This document shows positions 1-13,370 of a stretch of DNA of 64,000 nucleotides, piece after piece. The notes under the pieces were generated by a model, which worked only from the letters and a program-made list of their open reading frames with translations, was not told the origin of the DNA and did no database searches. Each line of letters opens with the position of its first letter. The first letter of the stretch is position 1. The DNA lies in assembly GCF_036365525.1 (NCBI RefSeq), contig NC_090412.1, positions 21,892,029 through 21,956,028 of the forward strand. Direction: 5' to 3'. The position numbers and the translations under genes are program-made. Origin of the DNA: Heterodontus francisci (taxonomy: Eukaryota).

Positions 1-380
1 GCAACTTTTAAATTCTTAAGAGGTTTGACTGGGTAGATGCTGGGACAATGTTTCCTCTGACTGGGAAATCTAGAACTAGGGGTCACAGTCTCAGGATAAG
101 TAGTTAGCCACTTAGGACTGAGTTGAGGAGAAATTTTTTTCACCCAAAGGGTTGTGAATCTTTGGAATTCTTGAACACAGAGAGCTGTGGATTCTCAGTC
201 GTTGAGTATATTAAATACAGAGATTGATAGATTTTTGGATACTAAGGGAATCAAGGAATATGGGGATAGTGCGGGAAGATGGAGTTGAGGTAAAAGATCA
301 GCCTTTATCTTCTTGAATAGTGGAGCAGGCTCAAAGGGCTGAATGGCCTATTCCTGCTCCTATTTCTTATGGTCTTATGT
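1..380 (+). mobile_element. CR1-clade LINE, 3' end (ORF2 C-terminus remnant and 3' tail)
   Basis: Typical CR1 3' sequence (ttcacccaaagggttgtgaatctttggaattc ... gaatggcctattcctgctcctatttcttatg). It matches the tail of the longer CR1 at 33351-36787. Confidence 0.85.
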
Positions 381-819
381 TTAGAAGATCTGCTCCATGC
401 ATCTCTGGGCTGGAGCCAGGATATATGTGTCATGGAGCGATAGGTAGTGGCACTTAATATACTGTGAATAGATAACTCTGCCTCAAATGTACTTATTCAC
501 AGTTCGAACCAACTAAAACAAACCATGCATATTCATAGTCTACTGTGCAGTCAGTGTCCACCACACATGCTGTACATCCAGTCACACCGTGCACATTCCC
601 GATGTATCGTCTTCTTGTTGTACCTAATGATCAGTTAGTCTTCATTGCAAGCGTATCCAGATCAAGTCACAAGGTTTCTCATTCTAAAAACGATATTTAA
701 TTGTCCACGCGTGTAAAAAAGGTGTTTCCTAAGACAATACTGAGGAAAGTATTGCTCTGTAGCTATGTGCAGTAGTGTCCCAAATGTGAATAAGAAAGCA
801 AGAAGTTTCGTTTTATAAC

Positions 820-1100
820 GGTCAACATTCCATTTGCCTTCCTAATTACTATACCTGCATGCTGACTTTTAGTGTTTCATGTACAAGAGACTCAGGTCCC
901 TCAGTACTGCAATCTCTCTCTATTTAAATAATATTTTGCTTTTCTATTCTTTCTACCCAAGTGGATAACCTGACATTTTCCCATATTATACTCCATATTA
1001 TACCAAATTTTTGCCTATTCACTTAACCTATCTATATCCCTTTGCAGACTCTGTGTCCTCCTCACAACTTGCTTTCCCACCTAGCTTTGTATCCGATTTT
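820..1100 (-). mobile_element. CR1 LINE ORF2 internal fragment
   Basis: Similar to 33990-34270 (ccatttgccttcctaattac ... cctcacaacttgctttccca). Confidence 0.7.
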
Positions 1101-4100
1101 GCTAGAAACACCGGCCAGAGGAAATCTTTGCAAATATACTCCCAGTGTCACCACATGTAGTGATGAGGGCAATTCATCCCCTGTGATGTTTGGAAGCCAA
1201 TTTGTAGGATTCCTAAAGCCTGATGGATGAAGCTGGATATTTTCCAATTCTTCAGTCCCACATTAAAGGGCCAATGATGTGATTTAGTGAAGGTGAAGAG
1301 ACAACACCAAGATATTAACACAGTGTAAAATACCATGTAATGAATATTAAGAAAACAACATCTCCTAATAATTAATAATCATAACAATATTGTGACTAAC
1401 GTTGATCTTGGCTTTTTTTTATAATAATCATGAATTGATTTAAATTCTGCAAAGACCATGTGTGTTGACCTGACACTGCACTCTATATTCTTAAATATTC
1501 TACTGGCCATTTCTTCTACAGAAAACTCCTATTTATTCTTAGAGGGTGTGAGGAACACTCAGTTCTATTACAACTTAAGTAAGTGTGGCTTTCCCATTCC
1601 AAGTTTATGAAGGTAAACTGCAGTTTGGTACTGAATCACGCAGACAGATCCCTGGTTGCCTCTGCATCTCGTTTAAGACTCCCGTCTTTGACCAAGCTTT
1701 TAGTCACCCACCCTTATAACTCCTTTGAATCTGTGTCAATTTTTGTTTGATAATGCTCCTGTGAAGCACCTTGGGATGTTTGCCAACATTAAAGGCACTA
1801 TATAAAAGCAAGTTGTTGTCACAGGTCTATGCTTCAAGTGTGCGTGCAGGCACTCAAATTGGTAAGGATATAGTTGGGTTTGGTTGTGATGCCTTCATCA
1901 TCAAATAGCCTGTACTCAAACATGAGGAATGGTCACTTGGACTAGGTACATCCAAGAGAAGAGGCAGAACATTGTTGGGGGGTGGGGTGGTGGGGAAGTT
2001 AAGTCGATGAAAACTGCCAACCTTGTCACTTGACCTTTAATGTGTTTGAACAAAATAAGCAGATTAATCTCTCTAAGAACCTACCTGTCCCCACATACGC
2101 ACTCAACAAAGCTGCAAATAAATAAAGCCAATTAGGAGCATAGGACAGTACAGAACAATTAAAGACACATATGACTGTTCACAAGACAGAAGGAGCTTAT
2201 GGGCTAACCTGATCTCATGTACCAATGAATTATCCTCCAACCATCCAGTTCCATGTACATCAACAGTTGTCAGGTAATGAACAGTTGGTGGGAAATGCTC
2301 TATAGAATATAGAAGATGTTCATACAGCAGATTGGTGGGGTGCTTTTGGCTCACTGGTTGCCTCCCTCTCTCTGAATCAGAAGGTGATGGGGTCAAACCC
2401 CACTACAGACAGCACTGGGGTGAATGGAGACTAGAATTATGGTCTCAGAACACTAGGCTGACATCCAGTGAGGTGCTCACATGGGGACAGAGTGACCACT
2501 GGCTCAGTGGTAGTGTTCCCACGTCTGAGTCAGAAGGATAGGGTACAGGCCCAACTACACACAGCCCTGGCTTGAAAGAACAACAGATGATAAGGATATT
2601 TAAGAGAGTGAAAAGACATTAGAGAGACAAAAGGTAAGTGGAGATAGAATGAAAGAAAACTGTAAATGCAGGAGCTTTGAATTGAAAGTAAGCATTTGTG
2701 GTTTATTTTCACTTTCTGATAACCCAGGAGAATTACCTCATGAAAATAGTCCTCTTCACATTGCAATCCTTTTGTTACAATGCACCCTTCATTACGACAA
2801 ACTCTTGCAGCCTCTCAATTTGCCACACACACTTGCACCCTCCAACAAGAAGTCCCGTTATAGTATTGAAGGGTCAGTCAAGCCCCAACCAAAACTATTG
2901 ACAGTCAGAAGGAATGTTTTAGTCCCATGAAGCAATTTTGAAAGCTGCTAGAGTTACATAGGCATTACAACAAGGCAATAGGCCATCAGCCCAACCAATC
3001 CAGGTTGGTGTTTATCCTCAACAACAGCAGTATTCTAATCACATGTACCCACCCTGCTCCCTTATCCCTTTATCCCAGTTTTCCCTAACCAACTGATCTA
3101 ACCTATAAGTTAACATAGTACCGACTTCAATCGTTGACTCTAGTAGTGTATTCCACAGCCTCACCACTCTTTGTGCAATAAAGTTTACTGGCTCGCGGTG
3201 TTAAATCTCTTTCATTTAATCTTATATTTGTCTCCTCTTGTTTCTGAACCCTACAATCACTGGAGTTCCCGTCAAATCGTTTCAAAGGATCAGAATAATT
3301 ATGTAATTAATCGGCCAACGGCAAAAATAAAGAGGTGAAGCAGGACTCCAACAATACCATCGCGAGGAGGAAAGGGAGGAGAAGAAGGAGGAGGCTCTGA
3401 GACAGATTCAACCAGGCGCAAGTCATGAACCTTTGGCCATCACATGATGCTGCTCCATACAAACCACAGGTTCTGAGGGTCAGAGAAGGATTTGAAAGGC
3501 AAGCTATTCCTAAAAACAAGAAGTTCAATCCAACCTTCTCCAAAAGGGATCATATTCCTCGTCTTCGGAAGAGATCTTCTTGGGAGGTTTGTTGCTCATG
3601 GACCTCGAAAACAGAAACTGGGCTGCGAGATTCATGTTTTCCTGGGAGAGGTGGCCAGCAGCAAATAACAACTTTCGAATACCCTTGTTCTCTTCAAGCA
3701 GTTTACAACAAGACAAAGAACTCTGCTCAAGTCGAATTCGAAGTTCAACACCATCAACTTTTTTTGAGATGAACTGTTCGCCTCGTTCACCCAGCAAATG
3801 CTGAGGGTGAGACTGCTGCTGCCGTTATTTAAAGAGATTAGTTCACCTGCCAATCTGTCTCTGTCAATTTGGGAAATGCTAAGATTAGTTACTACTGACC
3901 TCCTTACTGAGTCGCACTATTAAAGCTTTAGAGATTTATCATCTCTCTACAGGAAGAGCTCCTTGAAGGAGTAGTTCTGATGTCTCTGTTTATATCTGCA
4001 CTCTGCTTAACCCATAAGTAGAGTACTATAGAAGCAATAGTTGTTAATTTTGTAAATTATGACAAGTGAGTCGTCCCAGTGACTCAGTGAATAAACCATA

Positions 4101-4879
4101 TAGTCTACCATCTGGGACAAGGTAGCGTATGAGAGGGGAGGCAGCTACAATTCACCTAGATTTGGAGCAAAGGTGTTACCCTGTCCTCAGTGTTTGGGGG
4201 AAAGGGATTACATTATCCTCAGTGACCCCAGGCCAGTGAAGGAAAAAAATCAGTCAAGGTTCCTGCTCCTCATTGCGAATCAATGACCCTGTTGAAAAAT
4301 GTATGGAGACATCAAGATGGGATCAGGTTTATATATTATGGCCACATGGTTGAATTCCCTGCTGACAATAACTGCTTAGGCTTATTAAAAAAAAGGAGCC
4401 ACGAGGGTGGAGTACTGGAGAAATACAGAGGCTTATGGGGCAGGAGGTACTGCCTCTAGAAGACGAAATAATCCTGCTTATCTTCTTGAGATTCCCAACA
4501 TCCCCTGGTTTCCAAATACTCTACCTCCCCTTCCTCCATTACCTTCATCAGATGACAACGGACAAGAAAAATTGGGATACATTCAGCCCAACAATCCCAC
4601 TTTCACCACTGACTAGGTGCAATTGACTCTGCCCTGGACTCTACCAACCCATTAATATTCCTAGCAGGGAATTGACGATGGTTAAAAGCTCCAAGAAGAT
4701 AAAGTTCTGAGTCAGGTTTATTTTGACCTCCAGGGAAGCTAAGCAAAGCTCCAGAACATTAACCCAGTTTACAATGGGCACATCCAACCTTGACCTCTTA
4801 CATTCCACAAATGCCTTGTGCCTGCAGTAAATGACTGATGGTAAATCAACTATGTACCTTTGAAGTCTCTGCTGCAATT

Positions 4880-5160
4880 TGCACACAAAAGGATCAACAA
4901 ACAACAATGTGACAATGACCAGATTATCTGTTTTTAGTGACATCAGTTAAGGGATAAATGTTGGCCAGGACAACTAGGGAGAACGCCCCTGCTCTTTTTC
5001 AAACGGTGCCACGTGATCTTTCATATCCGCCTGAAAAAGCAGCCAGCGTCTCTGTTTAACGACTCATCCTCCAGACAGAGCAGAACATCCTCAGTACAGC
5101 TTTACGTGTCAGCCTGGATTATGTGCTCAACTCTCTGAGAGTGGGACTTTGAACCTAATA
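4880..5160 (-). mobile_element. Deu-domain SINE (SacSINE1/AmnSINE1-like)
   Basis: Reverse complement of the cagattatctggtcatt / cctggccaa / gatgag..gttaaac core found in the other copies. Confidence 0.75.
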
Positions 5161-5442
5161 TCTAGGATTACTGATCCACGAACATAACCACTACACTACC
5201 ATCTTCCTGAATAGCCAACTGTTGCTAATGAATTGCCTGTTGTTTAGTGTCCAAACCAAGTGACTTCCCATCTCGCATGTTAATTGGCATTTGTTTGTCT
5301 ATGGAATCACAACTGAATGTAGGCAAAAACCAAAATGCTGCAGATTCCGGAAATCTGAAACAAAAACAGGAAATGCTGGAAAGGTTCAGCCTCTGTGGAG
5401 AGAATAAAAGAGGACATTTCAGATATAGATGCTTCAGTAAGA

Positions 5443-5572
5443 TTTTTTTTCCCAAAAATATACTTTATTCATAAAAATCTGTAAAAGATACATTACAAAC
5501 CAGTTCCAATTCAACATTCCAGAAAGTGCAAAGGAAATCAGTTTCCTGCGATACAGAATGTGAGTTGCCTTA
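5443..5572 (-). mobile_element. 3' tail of a poly(A)-ended non-LTR element (L1/Tx1-like)
   Basis: Poly-T followed by tttatt (AATAAA on the - strand). A related copy lies at 26340-26480. Confidence 0.5.
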
Positions 5573-5574
5573 TA

Positions 5575-8160
5575 ACCATGACCATGAAGTCTCATGGCAT
5601 CAGGTCAAGCATTGGCGAGGAGACCTCCTGCTAATTACCACCTACTGCCCTCCTTCAGCTGAAGAGTCAGTACTCCTCCATGTTGAACACCACTTGGAGG
5701 AAGAACTGAGGGTGGCAAGGGCGCAAAATGTACTCTGGGTGGGGGACTTCAATGTCCATCACCAAGAGTGGCTCGTTAGTACCAGTATCAGCCGAGTCCT
5801 AAAAGACATAGCTGCTAGACTGGGTCTGTGGCAGGTGGTGAGGGAAAAACATACTTGACCTCGTCCTCACCAATCTGCCCGCTGCAGATGCATCTGTCCT
5901 TAACAGTATTGGTAGAAGTGACCACTGCACAGTCCTTGTGGAGACAACGTCCCACCCTCACATTGAGGATACCATCCATCGTGTTGTGTGGCACTGTCAC
6001 CGTGCTAAATGGGATAGATTTCAAACATATCTTGCAATGCAAAACTGGGCATCCGTGAGGTGCTGTGGGCCATCAGCAGTAGCAGAATTATACTCAACCA
6101 CAATCTATAACCTCATGGCCCGGCATATCCCCCATCCCCCACTCTACCATTACCATCAAGCCAGGAGTTCAATGAAGAGTGCAGGAAGGCATGCCAGGAG
6201 CAGCACCAGGCATACCTCAAAATGAGGTGTTAGCCTGGTGAAGCTACAACACAGGACTACTTGTATGCCAAACTGCATAAGCAGCATGCAATAGACAGAG
6301 CTAAGCGATCACATAACCAACGGATAAGATCTAAGCTCTGCAGTCCTGCCACATCCAGCTGTGAATGGTGGTGGACAATTAAACAACTAACTTGAGGAGG
6401 TGGCTCCACAAATATCCCCATCCTCAATGATGGGGGAGCCCAGCACATCAGTGCCAAAGATAAGGCAGAAGCATTTGCAACAACCTTCAGCCATAAGTGC
6501 CGAGTTGATGATCCATCTCAGCCTCCTCCTGAAGTCCCCAGCATCACAGATGCCAGACTTCAGCCATTTCAATTCACTCCGTGATATCAAGAAACGACTG
6601 AAGGCGCTGGATCCTGCAAAGGCTATGGGCCCTGTCAATATTCCAGCAATAGTACTGAAGACCTGTGCTCCAGAACTTGCCGCGCCCCTAGCCAAGCTGT
6701 TCCAGCACAGCTACAACACTGGCATCTACTCGGCAATGTGGAAAATTGCTCATGTATGTCCTGTACACAAAAAGCAGGACAAGTCCAACCCGGCCAATTA
6801 CCGCCCCATCAGCCTACTCTCAATCATCAGTAAAGTGATGGAAGGTGTCGTCAACAGTGCTATCAAGCGGCACTTGCTCAGCAATAACCTGCTCAGTGAC
6901 GCTCAGTTTGGGTTCCGCCAGGGCCACTCAGCTCCTGACCTCATTACAGCCTTGGTTCAAACATGGACAAAAGAGCTGAACTCAAGAGGTGAGGTGAGAG
7001 TGACTGCCCTTGACATCAAGGCAGCATTTGATCGAGTATGACATCAAGGAGCCCTAGCAAAACTGAGGTCAATGGGAATCAGGGGGAAAACTCTCCACTG
7101 GTTGGAGTCATACCTAACGCAAAGGAAGATGGTTGTGGTTATTGGAGGTCAATCAGGATATCACTGCAGGAGATCCTCTGGGTAGTGTCCTAGGCCCAAC
7201 CATCTTCAGCTGCTTCATCAATGACCTTCCTTCAATCATAAGGTCAGAAGTGGGGATGTTCGCTGGTGATTGCACAATGTTCAGCACCATTTGCGACTCC
7301 TCAGATACTGAAGCAGTCCGTGTAGAAATGCAGCAAGACCTGGACAATATCCAGGCTTGGGCTGATAAGTGGGAAGTAACATTCGTGCCACACAAGTGCC
7401 AGGCAATGACCATCTCCAACAAGAGAGAATCTAACCATCTCCCCTTGACATTCAATGGCATAACCATCGCTGAATCCCCCACTATCAACATCCTAGGGGC
7501 TACCATTGACCAGAAACTGAACTGGAGTAGCCATATAAATACCATGGCTACTAAAGCAGGTCAGAGGCTAGGACTCCTGCGGCAGGTAACTCATCTCCTG
7601 ACTCCCCAAAGCCTGTCCACCATCTACAAGGCACAAATCAGGAGTGTGATGGAAACTCTCCACTTGCCTGGATGGGTGCAGCTCCAACAACACTCAAGAA
7701 GCTCGACACCATCCAGGTCAAAGCAGCCCGCTTGATTGGAACACCATCCACAAACATTCACTTCCTCCACCACCGACGCACAGTGGCAGCAGTGTGTACC
7801 ATCTACAAGATGCACTGCAGCAATGCAACAAGGCTCCTTAGACAGCATCTTCCAAACCCGTGACCTCTACCAACTGGTGGGACAAGGGCAGCAAATGCAT
7901 GGGAACACCACCACCTGCAAGTTCCCCTCCAAGTCACACACCATCCTGACTTGGAACTATATCGCTGTCCCTTCACTGTCGCTGGGTCAAAATCCTGGAA
8001 CTCCCTTCCTAACAGCACTGTGGGTGCACCTACCTCACATGGACTGCAGCGGTTCAAGAAGGCAGCTCACCACCACCTTCTCGAGGGCAATTAGGGATGG
8101 GCAAAAAATGCTGGCCTGGCCAGCGATGCACACATCCCAGGAATGCATTATAAAAAAATA
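5575..8160 (+). mobile_element. 5'-truncated, decayed non-LTR retrotransposon (CR1/L2-group LINE), APE endonuclease + reverse transcriptase
   Basis: ORF pieces: YCPPSA..WVGDFNVHH (APE); KAMGP, NYRPISLLS, QFGFR, LDIKAAFDRV (RT); GSVLGP and FAGD (mutated FADD). Stop at 7039-7041, several frameshifts and an A-rich tail at about 8150. Confidence 0.92.
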
Positions 8161-8364
8161 GCAGACAGAAAGACTTGCATTTGTACAGTGCCTTTCCTAT
8201 CCTAGAGACATCTCAAAACGCTTTACAGCAAATTTAGTACTTTTGAAGTGTAGTCACTGTTAGGGAGCAAACGCAGCAACCAATTTGCGCACAACCAGAA
8301 AATGTTGGAAACACTCAACAAGTTAGTCAGTATCTGTGGCAGGACGAGACAAGTTAACATTGGA

Positions 8365-8690
8365 TATGGTGGCATCGTGGTTATGTCACTGGACTAGTAA
8401 ACCAGAGGCTTGGACTAATAATCTGTAGAATTAATCTGGAATTAAAATCGCACAATGGCAGCTGGAGAATTTGAATTCAGTTAATTTGAACCAATCTGGA
8501 GTTAAAAAGCTAGTGGAGACCATGAAACTACCAAATTGTTGGAAAAACCCATCGTGTGCCCTTTAGTGAAGGAAATCTGCCGCCCTTTCCTGGTCTGACC
8601 TACATGTGACTCCAGACCCATGGCAATGTGGTTGACTATTAACTGCCCTTGGAAATAGCCTAGCAATCCACTTAATTGTACCAAACTGCT
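8365..8690 (+). mobile_element. tRNA-derived SINE
   Basis: A-box-like head (ggtggcatcgtggttatgtcactggact) followed by the gaaggaaatctgcc...gactccagaccc body typical of elasmobranch SINEs. Confidence 0.6.
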
Positions 8691-9169
8691 CCATTATCTG
8701 AAGGCTGGATTTGAGAACATGTCCTCAAATAGCCAAGTTTTAGAGCCTACTAGGGTTTCAATTGCAAGGAGAACCTTCCATTTGAGGGATTACTGTTCAA
8801 TGGGGCATGGTGAACATCCATACTATGGTCAAAAAGACGGTGGCAACATATTCACATAGTTTATACTCCTCGCGCCACTCCAAAAGACTTCCTGTGAGGT
8901 CTCAAGTCCGTGCTTGTCAGTTGTCCAATGGCCAGCTTTGGGAGAAGGGAAATGGGATCATGTTAGTTTCAAAATGACATGCTTCACAACGGAAAAATGG
9001 AACCAAGTCAATCCTCCTTGGCAGACCTGCTAACCCAATAGCTCAGGTGGACAGGTAGGTCTGCAATATTTCAAGGCACTGGCTCATTAATGGGGCAAGG
9101 GAAGTAAATCTGTTACTGGGTGGGATCTATGAGGAGTGAGTGATCCACTGGGGCAGATGAGAAATACAC

Positions 9170-9445
9170 ACTTGTATTCCCATAAAGCCTTTTATGACCT
9201 CACCACATCCCAAAGTGCTTCACAGCCAAATACTTTGAGAGTGTAATCATTGTCCTAATGTAGGAAATGCAGCAGCCAATTTTGCACACAGCTGGATCCC
9301 ACAAACACCAAGGAGAGAATGGCTACTTAATCTGTTTTCAGGGCGTCAGTTGAGAGATAAATATCAACCAGGACACCAGAGGGAACTCCCCTGTTTTTCT
9401 TCGAATAGTGCCATGGGATCTTTCATATACACCTGAGAGGACAAA
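9170..9445 (-). mobile_element. Deu-domain SINE (SacSINE1/AmnSINE1-like)
   Basis: cccaaagtgcttcacagcca...gcagccaattt...ttcgaatagtgccatgggatctttt..cacctgaga. Confidence 0.8.
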
Positions 9446-9855
9446 TGGGATTTTGGGCTTTATCGCCCAAGCAGTGAAAATAAAAATTAACCCCCTCGCT
9501 CCAAAGCCCCTGAAAGTCTATCCATGGGAATCCTTTCAAGCACCTGATTGGTCAAAAGACATTTCAAGACTCTACTTGAGCTACTAGCAATAGTTTCCAG
9601 AACTGTTCCATTTAAAAATTAAAAACTGGGAGGAGTGAGCAAGCCACAGACCACGCCTAGAGAAGGAGTGGTTAATGTTTTTACACTACCACAGTAAGCA
9701 ATTCAAAGGGAAGGGCGCAGTTTGGAGCTGGAACCTGGAGCATATCCAGGGAAAGTTTGTTTTTTCTCTCTCTCTGCCAAGTCTATCGTGTAGGGCTGGA
9801 CTTAGACAAGAAGAGGGGGATTGAAAGACCCGGGGATCGACGTTTAGTCCACAAC

Positions 9856-9913
9856 ATGCAGGGTGTGTGGGTCCTTGCGGGGATCTTGCTCCTTTTGGGA
9901 CCGACTGCGACTG
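9856..9913 (+). CDS. PLAC9: PLAC9 coding exon 1 (signal peptide MQGVWVLAGILLLLGPTAT-G)
   Basis: ATG in acaacATGc context and a hydrophobic signal peptide. The phase-1 donor G|gtaggt fits the phase-1 start of exon 2. Confidence 0.8.
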
Positions 9914-10436
9914 GTAGGTGATGGTCACTGGAGCCACTTTGCGGATTGTTCGGGGCTTTAAAGTGTTTCTGGCAGTTTGCGATTTATTTATTTATTTATT
10001 TAACCAACACCTCCGCCCACTGTTGAGGTAAACATTTTTCCCCCCAACGTTATTTGCTTTTTATATTCCTATTTCTCTTTTGGTGAATTTCATTTATTTT
10101 TTTGTTGGTTTAAAGCTTTGGATGTACAGGGAAACTTTTAAAATAATAATTGACTTAGAGTGAAGAGACAAAGCAATGAAACGCCAAAGTGCTGGAAATT
10201 ATAAGGAGAAACAAGTGCAAAACATTGAAGGAGAAACGTGTTTGGTTAATAGAATGTAAAATAAGAAAAAAGGTATATGGCAGGAAGAAAACAACTTTTT
10301 TTAATAAAGGAGAGTGGGTGGGGAAGGGGTGGGGGCAATAAATCACCAGGGCGAATCCTTGTCTGGAGAGTACCATTGTTGCTCATACTCTCCCAATCCA
10401 CTACTCGGAGGATATGTTTATGACCAAAGGTACCAA

Positions 10437-12665
10437 CAGTTCCTCAGTGTAGTCCAGGGATGACTATGGGAGACAGTGTCCCCAGTTCTTCAGTGTACCC
10501 CAGGGATGACTATGGGAGACCGTGTCCCCAGTTCTTCAGTGTAGTCCAGGGATGACTATGGGAGACCGTGTCCCCAGTTCTTCAGTGTACCCCAGGGATG
10601 ACTATGGGAGACCGTGTCCCCAGTTCTTCAGTGTAGTCCAGGGATGACTATGGGAGACCATGTCCCCAGTTCTTCAGTGTAGTCCAGGGATGACTATGGG
10701 AGACAGTGTCCCCAGTTCCTCAGTGTAGTCCAGGGATGACTATGGGAGACCGTGTCCCCAGTTCCTCAGTGTACCCCAGGGATGACTATGGGATACTGTG
10801 TCCCCAGTTCCTCAGTGTACCCCAGGGATGACTATGGGAGACATGTCCCCAGTTCCTCAGTGTACCCCAGGGATGACTATGGGATACTGTGTCCCCAGTT
10901 CCTCAGTGTACCCCAGGGATGACTATGGGAGACCATGTCCCCAGTTCTTCAGTGTAGTCCAGGGATGACTATGGGAGACCGTGTCCCCAGTTCCTCAGTG
11001 TAGTCCAGGGATGACTATGGGAGACCGTGTCCCCAGTTCCTCAGTGTACCCCAGGGATGACTATGGGAGACCGTGTCCCCAGTTCTTCAGTGTAGTCCAG
11101 GGATGACTATGGGAGACCGTGTCCCCAGTTCCTCAGTGTACCCCAGGGATGACTATGGGAGACCATGTCCCCAGTTCTTCAGTGTAGTCCAGGGATGACT
11201 ATGGGAGACCGTGTCCCCAGTTCCTCAGTGTACCCCAGGGATGACTATGGGAGACCGTGTCCCCAGTTCTTCAGTGTAGTCCAGGGATGACTATGGGAGA
11301 CCGTGTCCCCAGTTCCTCAGTGTACCCCAGGGATGACTATGGGAGACCATGTCCCCAGTTCTTCAGTGTAGTCCAGGGATGACTATGGGAGACCGTGTCC
11401 CCAGTTCCTCAGTGTACCCCAGGGATGACTATGGGAGACCATGTCCCCAGTTCTTCAGTGTAGTCCAGGGATGACTATGGGATACTGTGTCCCCAGTTCC
11501 TCAGTGTACCCCAGGGATGACTATGGGAGACCATGTCCCCAGTTCTTCAGTGTAGTCCAGGGATGACTATGGGAGACCGTGTCCCCAGTTCCTCAGTGTA
11601 GTCCAGGGATGACTATGGGAGACCGTGTCCCCAGTTCCTCAGTGTACCCCAGGGATGACTATGGGAGACATGTCCCCAGTTCCTCAGTGTACCCCAGGGA
11701 TGACTATGGGATACTGTGTCCCCAGTTCCTCAGTGTACCCCAGGGATGACTATGGGAGACATGTCCCCAGTTCCTCAGTGTACCCCAGGGATGACTATGG
11801 GATACTGTGTCCCCAGTTCCTCAGTGTACCCCAGGGATGACTATGGGAGACCATGTCCCCAGTTCTTCAGTGTAGTCCAGGGATGACTATGGGAGACCGT
11901 GTCCCCAGTTCCTCAGTGTAGTCCAGGGATGACTATGGGAGACCGTGTCCCCAGTTCCTCAGTGTACCCCAGGGATGACTATGGGAGACATGTCCCCAGT
12001 TCCTCAGTGTACCCCAGGGATGACTATGGGATACTGTGTCCCCAGTTCCTCAGTGTACCCCAGGGATGACTATGGGAGACATGTCCCCAGTTCCTCAGTG
12101 TACCCCAGGGATGACTATGGGATACTGTGTCCCCAGTTCCTCAGTGTACCCCAGGGATGACTATGGGAGACCATGTCCCCAGTTCTTCAGTGTAGTCCAG
12201 GGATGACTATGGGAGACCGTGTCCCCAGTTCCTCAGTGTACCCCAGGGATGACTATGGGAGACCGTGTCCCCAGTTCCTCAGTGTAGTCCAGGGATGACT
12301 ATGGGAGACCATGTCCCCAGTTCCTCAGTGTACCCCAGGGATGACTATGGGAGACCATGTCCCCAGTTCTTCAGTGTAGTCCAGGGATGACTATGGGAGA
12401 CCGTGTCCCCAGTTCTTCAGTGTAGTCCAGGGATGACTATGGGAGACCGTGTCCCCAGTTCCTCAGTGTACCCCAGGGATGACTATGGGAAACATGTCCC
12501 CAGTTCTTCAGTGTAGTCCAGGGATGACTATGAGATCCATTGTCCCCAGTTTTTCATTGTAGCCCAGAGGTGACTATGGGGGACAGTATCCCCAGTTCTT
12601 CATTGTACCCCAGGGGTGACAATGGGATAAAGCATCCCCAGGCCCTCAGTGTTTTCCAGGGATGA
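10437..12665. repeat. 46-bp minisatellite (about 48 units) in PLAC9 intron 1
   Basis: Unit ccccagtt(c/t)ctcagtgta(ccc/gtc)cagggatgactatgggagaccgtgt, period 46 with some 45-bp units. Identical ORF translations at 11625 and 11945 show a 320-bp higher-order repeat. Confidence 0.97.
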
Positions 12666-12671
12666 CAATGT

Positions 12672-13160
12672 AAAGGGTGCAAAGGTGATTCACCAGGATG
12701 TTGCCTGGGATGGAGCATTTCAGCTATGAAGAGAGACTGGATAAGCTAGGGTTGTTTTGCTTAGAGCAGAGAAGGCTGAGGGGGATGTTATTGAGGTATA
12801 CAAAATTATGAGGGGCATAGATAGGGTAGATAGGAAGAAACTTTTTCCCTTAGCGGAGGGGTCAATAACCAGGGGGCATAGATTTAAGGTAAGGGGCAGG
12901 AGGTTTAGAGGGGATTTGAGGACTTTTTGTTTCACCCAGAGGCTGGTTGGAATCTGGAACACACTGCCTGAAGGGATGGTAGAGGCAGAAACCCTCAAAA
13001 CATTTAAGAAGTATTTAGAAGAGCACTTGAAATGCCATAGCATACAAGGCTACGGGCCAAGTGCTGGAAAATGGGATTAGAATAGATAGGTGCTTGATGG
13101 CTAGCATGGACACGATGGGCCAAAAGGCTTGTTCCTGTGCTGTATAACTCTATAACCCTA
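12672..13160 (+). mobile_element. CR1 LINE 3' fragment inserted in the degenerate end of the minisatellite
   Basis: ORF 12757-13080 GDVIEVYKIMRG..TRGHRFK..FTQRLVGIWNTLP plus the tail gctgtataactctataac. Confidence 0.9.
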
Positions 13161-13164
13161 AGAC

Positions 13165-13370
13165 TAATGGGATACAGTCCCTCAGTGTAGCCCAGAGGTG
13201 ACTATGGGATACAGTGACCCCAGTTCCTCACTGTAGCCAGAGGTGACTATCGGAGACAGTGATCCCAGTTTCTCAATGTGTCCCAGGGGTTACCATGAGA
13301 GACAGTGTCCATTGTCCCCTGTGTGTCGCAGGGATGACTATACGGGAGACAGGGTCTCAGTCCCCAATAT
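13165..13370. repeat. Degenerate continuation of the 46-bp minisatellite
   Basis: gtgactatgggatacagtgaccccagttcctcactgtagccagaggtgactatcggagacagt. Confidence 0.8.

Noticed and set aside
500-625. - strand Cys-containing peptide (RYIGNVHGVTGCTACVVDTDCTVDYEY) faintly like an MSMB last exon
   Set aside because: The splice acceptor is poor, no partner exons were found and the similarity is too weak to call.
3560-3600. GRDLL retroviral-protease-like motif
   Set aside because: There is no upstream D-T/S-G motif and the frame is closed by stops.
10437-12665. CRISPR-like array or repetitive protein (MSPVPQCTPGMTMGD)
   Set aside because: The units are contiguous with no unique spacers, there are no cas genes, and the context is a eukaryotic intron. 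The 46-bp period breaks reading frames.
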